A stretch of DNA of 64,000 nt, taken from Actinomycetota bacterium. Lineage in GTDB: Bacteria; Actinomycetota; Actinomycetes; Actinomycetales; Microbacteriaceae. The stretch is from contig JBEGKW010000011.1 of NCBI GenBank assembly GCA_041183865.1, forward strand, positions 6,900 to 70,899. The letters run 5' to 3'. The position numbers and the translations under genes are program-made. Shown one piece after another: positions 17,510-26,558 of this stretch. The number at the start of each line of letters is the position of its first letter. Positions within the stretch are counted from its first letter, which is position 1. A model generated the notes under the pieces. The model had not been told where the DNA came from and did no database searches. It saw nothing but the letters and a program-made list of their open reading frames with translations.

Positions 17510-19018
17510 CTAGTCTTCGTCGCCCTTCAGCAACTCGGTGGCACGGTTAACAGCACTCTTTGCCTTGCGCGCTGTCTTCTTCGCCGACTTCTTCACACGA
17601 GTGTTCACTGCCTTGGTGCGTTCAACCGCTTCGTCCCTCAGGTCGCTGAGTTTCTCGATTACTTCTTCACGCGCATCTTCGGCTCGTTCGCGAAACTCTT
17701 GAGCCGATTCACGCAAAGCAGCAGCACGCTCGCGGAGTGCAATGACTCGGTTATGCAGTGCTGGAGTCAGAAGCCCAATTGGCTTGCTGTAGTCATCGCT
17801 GTTGTCGTCAGAGGTGGCCGTCGAGAACCCCTCACCTCGGTAAAGTCCCTCAAAGATGGTGATGGTGCGCTCGATATCGTGAGCCTGAATCAGGTGAAGC
17901 GAGTTTTCAGATAGTCGTTCAAGTTCTTCTGGGCTCGCGGTCAAAACGGCCTTAAGTTTCTCGCTGAACTCAACTACATCATCGGGTTGGAACAGGTAGC
18001 CATTGTCGCCGTCGTGCACCAGGTGCGGAAGCGCCATAGCGTCGGCGGCCACTACTGGGCGACCGGAAGCCATGGCTTCCATGGTTGCGATGCTTTGCAG
18101 TTCGGCGATCGAAGGCATTGCGAAAACGGTCGCTCGCTCATAGGCCAATGGCAGTTCTTTCTCAGAAACGTGACCGAGGAAATGCACATTCTTTGAAATG
18201 CCAAGCTCCACAGCAAGGTTCTGCAAGTATTCGCGTTCGCCACCGTCGCCGACGATCTCAACCTGGGTTCCGAGGCTCTTCGGCAGCATTGCCACAGCCT
18301 TTAGGAGGTTGTGGATGTGCTTCTCATAGTCGAGTCGACCGAGAAATAGAACACGTGGCTGAGCGTTTGAAGTCGGTGTGGTGTTGGCGAACTTCGAAGC
18401 GTCGATACCGCAGCTGATCGCTAGAACATCCTTGACGCCCGCTGCCGCTTCGAGAAGTTCGGCGGCTCGCCTGGTTGGCGTGGTGACGAAGTCAACCTTT
18501 TTGAGAATTCGACCCGCGTCTGCCCAAGCCAACTTCATCGCGGTCTTCTCTAGAAAACCTGGGATGATCACCGAATACTTGATCAAGTTTTCAGGCATGA
18601 TGTGGTTGGTTGCAAGAACCCGGATGCCTTGACGCTTCGCGCTGTTTACGAGTGCGCGACCCATGATTAGGTGCGATTGGATGTGCACTGCGTCGGGTTT
18701 TACTTCGCGCAAAATCTTCGCGGTCTTACTCTGCAAGTTGAAAGGCCAGATCCAGCGAAGGGTCTTGTGCTGAGGCAGCTTGTAGCTCTTGATTCGGTGA
18801 ACGGTCATTGGTGAACCGTCAATGATTTCGGTAAAGGTGCCGTAGTTCTTGTCGAAAGCAGGTGCAATGACGTGTACGTCATTGCCATGGCGAGCCAAAC
18901 CGCCAGCCAGACGTTCTGCAAAGCGCGAGGCACCATTGATGTCTGGTGGGAAGGTGTCGCAACCGATGACTACGGTCAAACGACCCTTTGTCGCGGTTTG
19001 TGCAGTGGCTTCGGTCAC
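17510..19018 (-). CDS. GT4 glycosyltransferase with a C-terminal coiled-coil/basic extension
   Basis: DTFPPDINGA, FLGRLDYEK, ELQSIATMEAMASG and DGDNGYLF motifs; about 110-aa non-catalytic tail. Confidence 0.88.
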   Translation of the reverse strand: MTEATAQTATKGRLTVVIGCDTFPPDINGASRFAERLAGGLARHGNDVHVIAPAFDKNYGTFTEIIDGSPMTVHRIKSYKLPQHKTLRWIWPFNLQSKTAKILREVKPDAVHIQSHLIMGRALVNSAKRQGIRVLATNHIMPENLIKYSVIIPGFLEKTAMKLAWADAGRILKKVDFVTTPTRRAAELLEAAAGVKDVLAISCGIDASKFANTTPTSNAQPRVLFLGRLDYEKHIHNLLKAVAMLPKSLGTQVEIVGDGGEREYLQNLAVELGISKNVHFLGHVSEKELPLAYERATVFAMPSIAELQSIATMEAMASGRPVVAADAMALPHLVHDGDNGYLFQPDDVVEFSEKLKAVLTASPEELERLSENSLHLIQAHDIERTITIFEGLYRGEGFSTATSDDNSDDYSKPIGLLTPALHNRVIALRERAAALRESAQEFRERAEDAREEVIEKLSDLRDEAVERTKAVNTRVKKSAKKTARKAKSAVNRATELLKGDED

Positions 19019-19087
19019 GCTTATTCTCTCGATTATGTATCGCTGATCTACCTAGCGATTTTACCGCAGGTTAGCTGAAAAGAGCCG

Positions 19088-19999
19088 CTAGACCAGGTGT
19101 TTGCGCTTGAGCGTCTTGGTGGCTAATTCGGGGTGCACACGCGAGAGCAGGTAGACGCCGATCACAGCTACCGTAGCCGCGATCAGCCATCCGAAGATGG
19201 TCAACAAGTTCGCAGACTTTGCCTCGCCCAGGATGACGATACCAATGCTGACAGCAACTAAAGGATCGATAACGGTCAATCCGGCGATTACGAGATCTGG
19301 CGGGCCGGATGAGTAGGCATTCTGCACGAACCAGCCGCCCAGGCTAACCGCGCCAATCAAAGCGATTAGACAAAGTACGGTTAGCAACTCAAACTGTTGC
19401 TGATAAATGCGCTGGATAACCACCTTGGCAAGGGTTGCGACAAATCCATAGAGCACACCAGCACCGGCCACATAGGTCAATGCCTTCGCGCGCTTACCGA
19501 TTGTGAAAAACAGGGCCCCGAATATGGCCAGGATGGTCAGCAAAACGCCAAGTACTTCTCTGAGTCGATCGTCATTGATTACCGCCTCATGGGCCACGCC
19601 CGATGCCATCGCAACGAATGCAGCGATTCCAACGGTGCAAAAACCAACGGCAATCAAGGTCGGTCGGGTGATGCGAGTCTTTGTGGTGCGTGCGTTGAGT
19701 AGCGAGGTAATGACCAACGCAACGGCACCAACCGGCTGAACAACGATGAGCGGAGCTAGAGATAGTGACGCGAGTTGCAGAACGATGCCGGCAACCATGA
19801 AGGCCGTGCCTGATAGCCACTTAGGTCGAGCCACAAGGGACAGCAGCTGTTTGAGGCTCAGCGAGCCCTGGCTCTTTACCTTTTGCGCGCTATCGTCAAC
19901 AACAGCTGCATTCTGAAAGTGAGCACCGTAGGCCAGAGCGACTGCCGCAGCGACTGCAAGCAGGATGGCTAAGGAGCGAAACCCCTCCGACGGACCCAT
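19088..19999 (-). CDS. DMT-superfamily membrane protein
   Basis: About 9 TM segments; LAPLIVVQPVG and LTVIDPLVAV...ILGE motifs; GGAGG SD. Confidence 0.8.
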   Translation of the reverse strand: MGPSEGFRSLAILLAVAAAVALAYGAHFQNAAVVDDSAQKVKSQGSLSLKQLLSLVARPKWLSGTAFMVAGIVLQLASLSLAPLIVVQPVGAVALVITSLLNARTTKTRITRPTLIAVGFCTVGIAAFVAMASGVAHEAVINDDRLREVLGVLLTILAIFGALFFTIGKRAKALTYVAGAGVLYGFVATLAKVVIQRIYQQQFELLTVLCLIALIGAVSLGGWFVQNAYSSGPPDLVIAGLTVIDPLVAVSIGIVILGEAKSANLLTIFGWLIAATVAVIGVYLLSRVHPELATKTLKRKHLV

Positions 20000-20079
20000 G
20001 TCCCTCCCGACGTTTGGTGTTCTACGACTCTAACCCGACTGACCCCAAGATTTGACTAACCAACAGGTAAATTATCAAC

Positions 20080-20646
20080 ATGACTATCCGACCGATCTGT
20101 ATCACTGGCGAACCCGTACTGCATCAACGTGCCATCGAGGTGACTGTCTTCGACGACGAGCTGCGTAGTCTAATTGCCGACATGTACGAAACCATGGATA
20201 AGGCCCCGGGAGTCGGCCTGGCTGCCCCGCAGATCGGCGTTGGGCTTCGCGTGTTTACCTATGATTACGCAGATGACGACGGCAACGAACGTCGCGGTGT
20301 TATCATCAATCCGGTTCTTGAGCGCGGGCCAATCATTGATGAACCGGCAGATGAAGACACCGAGATTGAGGGATGTCTCTCAGTGCCGGGCGAGCGATTC
20401 CCCCTCAAACGAGCCGAGAACGTAGTGATTACCGGCCTAGATCTTGAGCAGAACCCTGTTCACATAGAGGCTGACGGATGGTTTGCACGAATCTTTCAAC
20501 ACGAATTCGATCACTTGGATGGAATTCTTTATGTCGATCGGCTTGCAGAGCCGTGGCACGAGATCGCTATAGATGTGGTCGAAGACAATGGCTGGGGAAA
20601 GCCAGGCCTCACTTGGCTGCCTGGCAAGGACAACCTAGAAGGCTAG
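20080..20646 (+). CDS. def: Peptide deformylase
   Basis: GVGLAAPQIG, EGCLSVP and QHEFDHLDG motifs. Confidence 0.97.
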   Translation: MTIRPICITGEPVLHQRAIEVTVFDDELRSLIADMYETMDKAPGVGLAAPQIGVGLRVFTYDYADDDGNERRGVIINPVLERGPIIDEPADEDTEIEGCLSVPGERFPLKRAENVVITGLDLEQNPVHIEADGWFARIFQHEFDHLDGILYVDRLAEPWHEIAIDVVEDNGWGKPGLTWLPGKDNLEG

Positions 20647-20948
20647 GTTAAGAACCTAATCAGTGCCGCTAGCGCCGCCGCCGCGGCAACCATGACGATG
20701 AATGGTGCCTTGAAGCGAAGTAGCAGAGCGGCGAGGGCAATGGCAGGTATTCTCGCGTCAAACTGAATGGAACCATTGCTGGTTAGCATCTGAACCCCTG
20801 TTAGGGCCGAAAGCAACGCGACGGTGAGCAGAGTGGCAACACGACTGATCATCGGTTTGTCTAGAACGGTGTGGGGAACCATGAAACCGAGAATTTTCCA
20901 AGAGTAAACCGCGGCGGCTGCCAACAAGATACCGAGCCATAAGGTCAT
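20643..20948 (-). CDS. azlD: AzlD-family branched-chain amino acid export subunit
   Basis: Small hydrophobic protein, TVALLSAL...DARI...APFIV; ATGA overlap with azlC. Confidence 0.8.
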   Translation of the reverse strand: MTLWLGILLAAAAVYSWKILGFMVPHTVLDKPMISRVATLLTVALLSALTGVQMLTSNGSIQFDARIPAIALAALLLRFKAPFIVMVAAAAALAALIRFLT

Positions 20949-21628
20949 GGTTTGGCCTTCTGACCAAAAAGGTTGAACCCACCGACAACCAGTGCGGCTA
21001 TGCCTGCCAAAATGACCGGAACTCCGGCCGGCAACGAAGGAGTGGTTAACACGGCGATCAGGAACGCCAAGGCGGCAACCGCCAGAGCCTGGCGCTCTCT
21101 TAGGCGCGGCCAGAGCAAACCCAGAAACGCGGCAGCGGCTGCCGCATCCAAACCCCAGACGCTTGGATCACCAAGCGTGTTGCCCAGAATTGCCCCAAGT
21201 AACGTCATTGAATTCCAGAAGACGAATACGGCAGCGCCGGTCAGCCAAAAACCGAGACGCTGCTGCGGTGTGCTCGTTTGCCCGGTCGACACGGCGGTTG
21301 ATTCATCGATCGTCAATTGTGCAGCTATGAGCCGTTTGAAACCAATAGCCTCAAGGATTGGGTTCATTCGCACTGCGTAGAAACCATTTCTGACACCGAG
21401 CAGCCAAGCAGAAACTACTGCGGCACCCACCGCTGCTGGTCCCCCGGCGGCGATTACACCAATGAAGGCAAACTGAGATCCGCCGCTGAACATCAAAAGG
21501 CTCAGAACCTGCGTCTGCCAGACGTCGAGGCCGGCGGTGGTCGAAAGCGCCCCAAAGGAAATGCCATAGAGCCCGGTGGCGAGTCCCACTCCGATCGACA
21601 TCGTGATAAGTGGATTTCCTTTAGACAT
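20945..21628 (-). CDS. azlC: AzlC-family branched-chain amino acid export permease
   Basis: YGISFGAL, SLLMFSGGSQFA, TIDES, FWN and GLDAA motifs; ATG 21628 overlaps the regulator 3' end (the track start at 21679 is likely too long). Confidence 0.88.
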   Translation of the reverse strand: MSKGNPLITMSIGVGLATGLYGISFGALSTTAGLDVWQTQVLSLLMFSGGSQFAFIGVIAAGGPAAVGAAVVSAWLLGVRNGFYAVRMNPILEAIGFKRLIAAQLTIDESTAVSTGQTSTPQQRLGFWLTGAAVFVFWNSMTLLGAILGNTLGDPSVWGLDAAAAAAFLGLLWPRLRERQALAVAALAFLIAVLTTPSLPAGVPVILAGIAALVVGGFNLFGQKAKP

Positions 21629-22295
21629 CCAGCAGTCCAGACTCGTATAGCGCGATGTAGAGCTGCGAAAGCGTGGCAAAACCGCACTTTCTCTGAGCCG
21701 ACTGCAAAATCTGCCGGACTCGGTACTTAGGAGTGTCTAGCTCGAGTGCAACATCATCCTGAGAGACTCCGGAAGCGAATAGGTCTAAGACCCATTTCTC
21801 CTTCTCGGTTAGGTCACCCAGGCGCATCAGGAACTCGGGCGACGCCACCTTGCTGTGCTGCATGCGATCGAGAAATTCGCGAAGTTTTAGGTAGTCTGGC
21901 TGATCGTCTCTAGAAGCAGCAGAGCGAATAGCACGCAACAGATCGCCCGATTGCGCTTCTTGAGTTACCAACTCAGATGCACCGGCACGCATGGATGCGA
22001 GCTTGAGCTCATCCGTGTAATACGGACCTGTCATGATGATGGCTGGAATCTTCGAATTGTCGGCTAGGTATCTAGAAATTACGGCCAAGGACAGCGAGAT
22101 GCCGTCACCGCCGCGCAACCGATGGTCGATTACCAAGACGTCAATGAGGGCTTCAGGAACCCTCTCGAGCGCAGTCGCATACGAGCTGTCCTCGAGAACG
22201 ACTTTAAGGTCGCGTTGTGAATCTAGGATGAGGCGGCGTCCAAAACGGATGTCTTCGTCACCGTCGACTAGACCAATGCGCAGATCGAGAGCCAT
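21621..22295 (-). CDS. Atypical NarL/LuxR-family response regulator (degenerate receiver)
   Basis: Receiver fold LVDGD...VIDHRL..GDG...AGASELVTQ; LuxR HTH LTEKEKWVL...YESGLL; conserved Lys replaced by Gln. Confidence 0.85.
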   Translation of the reverse strand: MALDLRIGLVDGDEDIRFGRRLILDSQRDLKVVLEDSSYATALERVPEALIDVLVIDHRLRGGDGISLSLAVISRYLADNSKIPAIIMTGPYYTDELKLASMRAGASELVTQEAQSGDLLRAIRSAASRDDQPDYLKLREFLDRMQHSKVASPEFLMRLGDLTEKEKWVLDLFASGVSQDDVALELDTPKYRVRQILQSAQRKCGFATLSQLYIALYESGLLDV

Positions 22296-23573
22296 TTAGC
22301 GCCTCTGTGGAGCGATTGCAGCGAACTCGCGCAGTCTAGGGAAAATCGCAGACACAGTGAAGCCGACGCCTGGCACTTTCGTTACTTCGACCGAGCCACC
22401 GTAGATTGCTGCGCGTTCACGCATCGCCGTAAAACCTGGACCTGAAATGGGTTCCACCAAAGCCTTGAGGTCATCTTCTGCGGCGTAGCCAGCATCCTCG
22501 AGATTCAGTTCAAGCAAACCTCGGTTGGAAACTTCGATGCCATTGTCCTTCACCAGAACCTGCATGCCGTCTTCGACCCATGAGAAATCGACCGTGACAT
22601 CCGTGCCAACCGGGGTGTGCTTCTTGATGTTTTCTAGGGCGTCAAAAACCAACTTGAAGATAGTAAGAGCCGCACCTTCGTTGATTTCGAATCTAGGTCC
22701 TTCGTGACGCAGCGATGCGTTGTAACCGAATTCGCGATAGGCAACCATGAGAGGCTGCAGGTCATCCAGGCCAGGAGGGGCCGAGGTGACGGTGTGCTCT
22801 CTGTGCAACATGTCGTACAGTCTGCGCAGTTCGGTGTGAGCATCTCTGGCGCTAATAGCGACTCGTTCTAGGGAACGGAGACCGGCCGCAGGATCTGCCT
22901 TCACAGCGTAGGTACCACCCTCGGCAAGGCTGATAACAGCGGTAACTTTCTGGATAATCAATTCGTTGATGTCGCGAGCGATTTCGAGACGCTCATTCTG
23001 CTCGGCGATCTGAATGGCGAGTTGCGCCTGATTCTTTCTTGCAACGGCTTTATCGAGGCTCGAGCCGACGTGAAAATACTGGGTAGCACCGAGTCGACCG
23101 AGAATCCAGAACAAACCGTTGAAGGAGAAAACTACAGCTAGACCAAGCACTAGGCCGGTGAAGCGACCCGATTCGTTTAGTAGAAGAAGTCCGTAGACAT
23201 CGGTGCTCAGCGGGAGACTAAAACTCACTTGCCAGCTCATCACGACACCACAGAGAACGGTAACCGCGAGGGAAAGCCGTCTAACGAGCTGCTTGCCGAA
23301 TACGGCAACCACAAAGAGGCTTGCGCATGCGATAAGGCCAGCAGCCACCGGCCTCAGGCCGAAGGTTATTTCGACAGCGGTTGCTACCGCAATCAGAATC
23401 GCCGAATACTGAGGAAGTCTTGCGGCAATAACAAGAGAAAGGGCAAAAACTAGACCTGGAACAAGCGAGCTCGGACCTTGAATGAAAAAGTCTAGAGAGC
23501 CAAAGAGGGCAAAGAGAGAAGTTGCCAGGATTGTTGGGGAGAGCCACTTGTGAACTTGGATCCACTGAATCAC
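22296..23573 (-). CDS. Membrane sensor histidine kinase-like protein (HisKA_3/HATPase) lacking the phosphoacceptor His
   Basis: N-terminal TM helices; ERLEIARDINE (canonical ERxRIARELHD), ALENIKKH, KDNG and MRERAAIYGG; GTG 23573 follows GGAGG (the track start lies inside the tRNA). Confidence 0.85.
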   Translation of the reverse strand: MIQWIQVHKWLSPTILATSLFALFGSLDFFIQGPSSLVPGLVFALSLVIAARLPQYSAILIAVATAVEITFGLRPVAAGLIACASLFVVAVFGKQLVRRLSLAVTVLCGVVMSWQVSFSLPLSTDVYGLLLLNESGRFTGLVLGLAVVFSFNGLFWILGRLGATQYFHVGSSLDKAVARKNQAQLAIQIAEQNERLEIARDINELIIQKVTAVISLAEGGTYAVKADPAAGLRSLERVAISARDAHTELRRLYDMLHREHTVTSAPPGLDDLQPLMVAYREFGYNASLRHEGPRFEINEGAALTIFKLVFDALENIKKHTPVGTDVTVDFSWVEDGMQVLVKDNGIEVSNRGLLELNLEDAGYAAEDDLKALVEPISGPGFTAMRERAAIYGGSVEVTKVPGVGFTVSAIFPRLREFAAIAPQRR

Positions 23574-23597
23574 GTGGCCTCCTGGTTTCAGAAAGAT

Positions 23598-23674
23598 TGG
23601 CTCCCCGGCTTGGACTCGAACCAAGAACCTATCGGTTAACAGCCGATTGCTCTTGCCAATTGAGCTACCGAGGA
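23598..23674 (-). tRNA. tRNA-Asn(GTT)
   Basis: TCCTCGGTAGCTCAATTGGCAAGAGCAATCGGCTGTTAACCGATAGGTTCTTGGTTCGAGTCCAAGCCGGGGAGCCA. Confidence 0.95.
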
Positions 23675-23739
23675 ATGTTGCTTTCGCGACTAGACAACAT
23701 TACCAAATAAATCTCGACTAATGCGCCACTAGCAAAGAT

Positions 23740-24675
23740 TTAGTACCCCAGTTTTAGATTTACCTCGCCCGATAAAGGATTTTCGGTAATTAAAGCTCCG
23801 ACGTTGGCCACGATTCGTTCCGAAAGTAGCCGGATGCACATTTCGGGCGTGTCGGCGGTATGTGGAGTAATGATTAGGTTCGGACATCCCCAGAGTGAGT
23901 GACCGTCAGGCAGTGGTTCGGGGTCGGTTACATCGATGCCAGCCCCTGCAATTTGTCCACTTCTGAGTGCTTTCTCGAGATCCGCCGAAACCACCATGGC
24001 GCCCCGGGCGATGTTGACCAAATAGGCGCTTGGTTTCATCAAGGCAAACTTGTTTGCATCAAACAACCCGAAGGTCTCGTCGGTTAGTGCTGCCGCCAGG
24101 AATACGAAATCAGCGTTTGCAAGTGCGGTATCTAGAGCATCAAAAGGCAACGTTAGTTCTGCGCCTTCTACGGCACCGTCGTGTTTCCGTACGATAGTAA
24201 CTCTGGAACGAAATGGGGTCAGGAGTCGAGCAATTTCCTGCGCGATTCCTCCGCCGCCGACGATCAAGACATTCGCGTCGAAGAGAGTATCGGCATATTT
24301 TCGACCCCAACTCTTGGCTGCTAATCGCTCGGGTAGTACTCGCGCCAGCGACAGGGCAAACATCAAGGCGTGTTCGGCAACCGGCTCTCGGTATGCGCCT
24401 TTAGCCGAAGTAAAAATGCGCGTATGGGCCCTCAGCAACTCCCGGTCGAACACGGAACGAAAGTTATCTACTCCAGCGAACGGCAATTGGACCCAGGAAA
24501 TGTTTGGGTGAGATTCCAAAATCTTAGCTAAGCTCTCTGAATCGGAGCTATCAGTCCAAACCAGTCCATTCGTAGTTTCACCCAAGTCAGCGGCTACTCC
24601 CCCGCCTAAAGCGACGGCAGCTAGATACTCTGGCTGTGGATTCGGCAAGACCGCGACTACTGGATTCAAACTCAT
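23740..24675 (-). CDS. D-isomer-specific 2-hydroxyacid dehydrogenase
   Basis: QLPFAGVD, VAEHA, GGGGIA, LVNIARG, DVTDPEPL and ITPH motifs. Confidence 0.9.
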   Translation of the reverse strand: MSLNPVVAVLPNPQPEYLAAVALGGGVAADLGETTNGLVWTDSSDSESLAKILESHPNISWVQLPFAGVDNFRSVFDRELLRAHTRIFTSAKGAYREPVAEHALMFALSLARVLPERLAAKSWGRKYADTLFDANVLIVGGGGIAQEIARLLTPFRSRVTIVRKHDGAVEGAELTLPFDALDTALANADFVFLAAALTDETFGLFDANKFALMKPSAYLVNIARGAMVVSADLEKALRSGQIAGAGIDVTDPEPLPDGHSLWGCPNLIITPHTADTPEMCIRLLSERIVANVGALITENPLSGEVNLKLGY

Positions 24676-26549
24676 TGCAGCGCCCGACGATCCGCCTCTA
24701 GCGCCATGAGCTTGCGCTGCACCTCTGCCGATTCAGGCGAACCTGGTTCGACTCGACGGAGCTCGGCCAGAAGATCTGCCTTTTCTCGAGAGATGGCATT
24801 CGTAATCGCACGAGCAATTACTCCTTGACCATAACGAATCAGCCCATCTGCATCGGCAGCCGGAAGTGCTTGTGCTGCAACCGCGCGAAGCACCTGGTGA
24901 AGAGATGGGTCGGTCTCAGAAGCGATTGAGTTTAGCCATGTCGGCGCCTGTTGATCGCTGGCGCTTGCCTGAATCGCTTTCAGAATCTGATTATGAGCCG
25001 GTGCGCTCATCCCAGCAGAGCAAATTTTCTGAAGCTGGTCTTGGCTGAAGGTCTGCGGAAGTTGCACCAAAACCTCGAGTGTCTGCCGCTCGAACCTTGT
25101 GATCGGGTCATTCAGGTTTATCGGCGCGACCAAAATTGTTTCCGGTGAATCCGCCGGCGGAGCGGCCTCTTCGGTCTCGATGACTGCCTGACGATCTTTA
25201 CGCATACCGGCAACGGCCTGCTCACGACCAGCTCGGCCCGCCGCTTCAACCAATGCAGAAACATCGTTACCGTCGAGATTTACCCAACCGGCAAGTTCGC
25301 GTGTGTAAGCCGGGCGCATCGCTGGGTCTTGAATACCGGCAACGATCGGTGCAGCAGCGCGAGCGGCCGCGACGCGACCCTCGATCGTTCCGAGGTCAAA
25401 CTTGGCTAGCTTCTGCTTGATAGCGAATTCGAAGAGCGGCTTCTTTACCTCGATCATCGCTCGAACAGCTTCGTCGCCCCGTGCCGAACGGAGGTCGCAA
25501 GGATCAAGCCCGTCTGGACCGACAGCGACGAAAGTTTGGGCCGTGAATTTGCTCGAATCAGCGAAGGCGCGCATAGCTGCCTTTTGACCCGCGGCGTCTG
25601 GATCGAAGGTGAAGATCACCTCTGCCGGCACATCCTTGTCGGCGGAGAGAAGACGGTTGATGATTCGAATGTGATCGTCCCCGAATGCGGTGCCACAGGT
25701 TGCCACGGCGGTAGTGACACCTGCTAGATGACAAGCCATTACGTCGGTATAGCCCTCGACAACGACCACGCGTTGCTGCTTCGAAATGTCTTTCTTCGCC
25801 AAATCAATTCCGTAGAGGACCTGAGATTTGTGATAGACCAAGGTGTCACTTGTGTTTAGGTACTTAGGCCCCTGGTCGTCGTCGAAGAGCTTTCGAGCAC
25901 CGAATCCGATAACCTGACCGGTGGTGTCACGGATTGGCCAAATGAGACGGCCGCGGAACTTGTCGTACGCTCCGCGCTCGCTCTTGGTCACCAATCCAGC
26001 GGCCACCAGCTCCTCGATTGAAAAGCCTTTTTTGGATAGGAAGTCGAATAGGCCGTTCCAGCCCTTGGGTGCGAAACCAATACCGAACTGCTCGGCAGCA
26101 GCCTTGTCGAACCCGCGCCCCTTCAGGAACTCTCTTCCGGGAATCGCAGCATCGGTCATCAACTGTTCTTGGTAGAACGCTGCCGCGGCATTATTAGCCT
26201 CAAGGATGCGTGACTTCTGGCCCTGTTCTGGGCTTGCACTGCCCTCTTCATAACTAAGTCCAAAGCCGATTCGAGTTGCGAGCTTCTCAACTGCCTCGGT
26301 AAAGCTCAATTGGTCCATTTGCTGCACGAACTTATAGACGTCGCCGCCTTCGCCGCAACCGAAGCAGTGGTAGAAGCCCTGAGATGGCCTCACATTGAAG
26401 GAGGGAGACTTCTCATCGTGGAAAGGGCACAAGCCCTTCAGAGAGCCGGCCGAAGCAGGACGCAGCGAGACGTACTCACCAATCACATCGGCGATGTTAA
26501 GACGAGTCTTAACTTCCTCAATATCGCGCGCTCTAATCTTGCCGGCCAT
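24672..26549 (-). CDS. dnaG: DNA primase
   Basis: [11 protein letters not shown]...CFGC zinc finger, KYLN, EGYTDV, FDPDAAG and DPCD motifs. Confidence 0.97.
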   Translation of the reverse strand: MAGKIRARDIEEVKTRLNIADVIGEYVSLRPASAGSLKGLCPFHDEKSPSFNVRPSQGFYHCFGCGEGGDVYKFVQQMDQLSFTEAVEKLATRIGFGLSYEEGSASPEQGQKSRILEANNAAAAFYQEQLMTDAAIPGREFLKGRGFDKAAAEQFGIGFAPKGWNGLFDFLSKKGFSIEELVAAGLVTKSERGAYDKFRGRLIWPIRDTTGQVIGFGARKLFDDDQGPKYLNTSDTLVYHKSQVLYGIDLAKKDISKQQRVVVVEGYTDVMACHLAGVTTAVATCGTAFGDDHIRIINRLLSADKDVPAEVIFTFDPDAAGQKAAMRAFADSSKFTAQTFVAVGPDGLDPCDLRSARGDEAVRAMIEVKKPLFEFAIKQKLAKFDLGTIEGRVAAARAAAPIVAGIQDPAMRPAYTRELAGWVNLDGNDVSALVEAAGRAGREQAVAGMRKDRQAVIETEEAAPPADSPETILVAPINLNDPITRFERQTLEVLVQLPQTFSQDQLQKICSAGMSAPAHNQILKAIQASASDQQAPTWLNSIASETDPSLHQVLRAVAAQALPAADADGLIRYGQGVIARAITNAISREKADLLAELRRVEPGSPESAEVQRKLMALEADRRALQ

Positions 26550-26558
26550 GTCCCAATC

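Noticed and set aside
23574-23624. Kinase N-terminus overlapping tRNA-Asn as in the ORF track
   Set aside because: GTG 23573 with a GGAGG SD is the better start; the overlap is an ORF-calling artifact
20643-23674. tRNA-Asn-anchored genomic island
   Set aside because: I saw no integrase and no duplicated tRNA 3' end (att) at the def/azlD boundary
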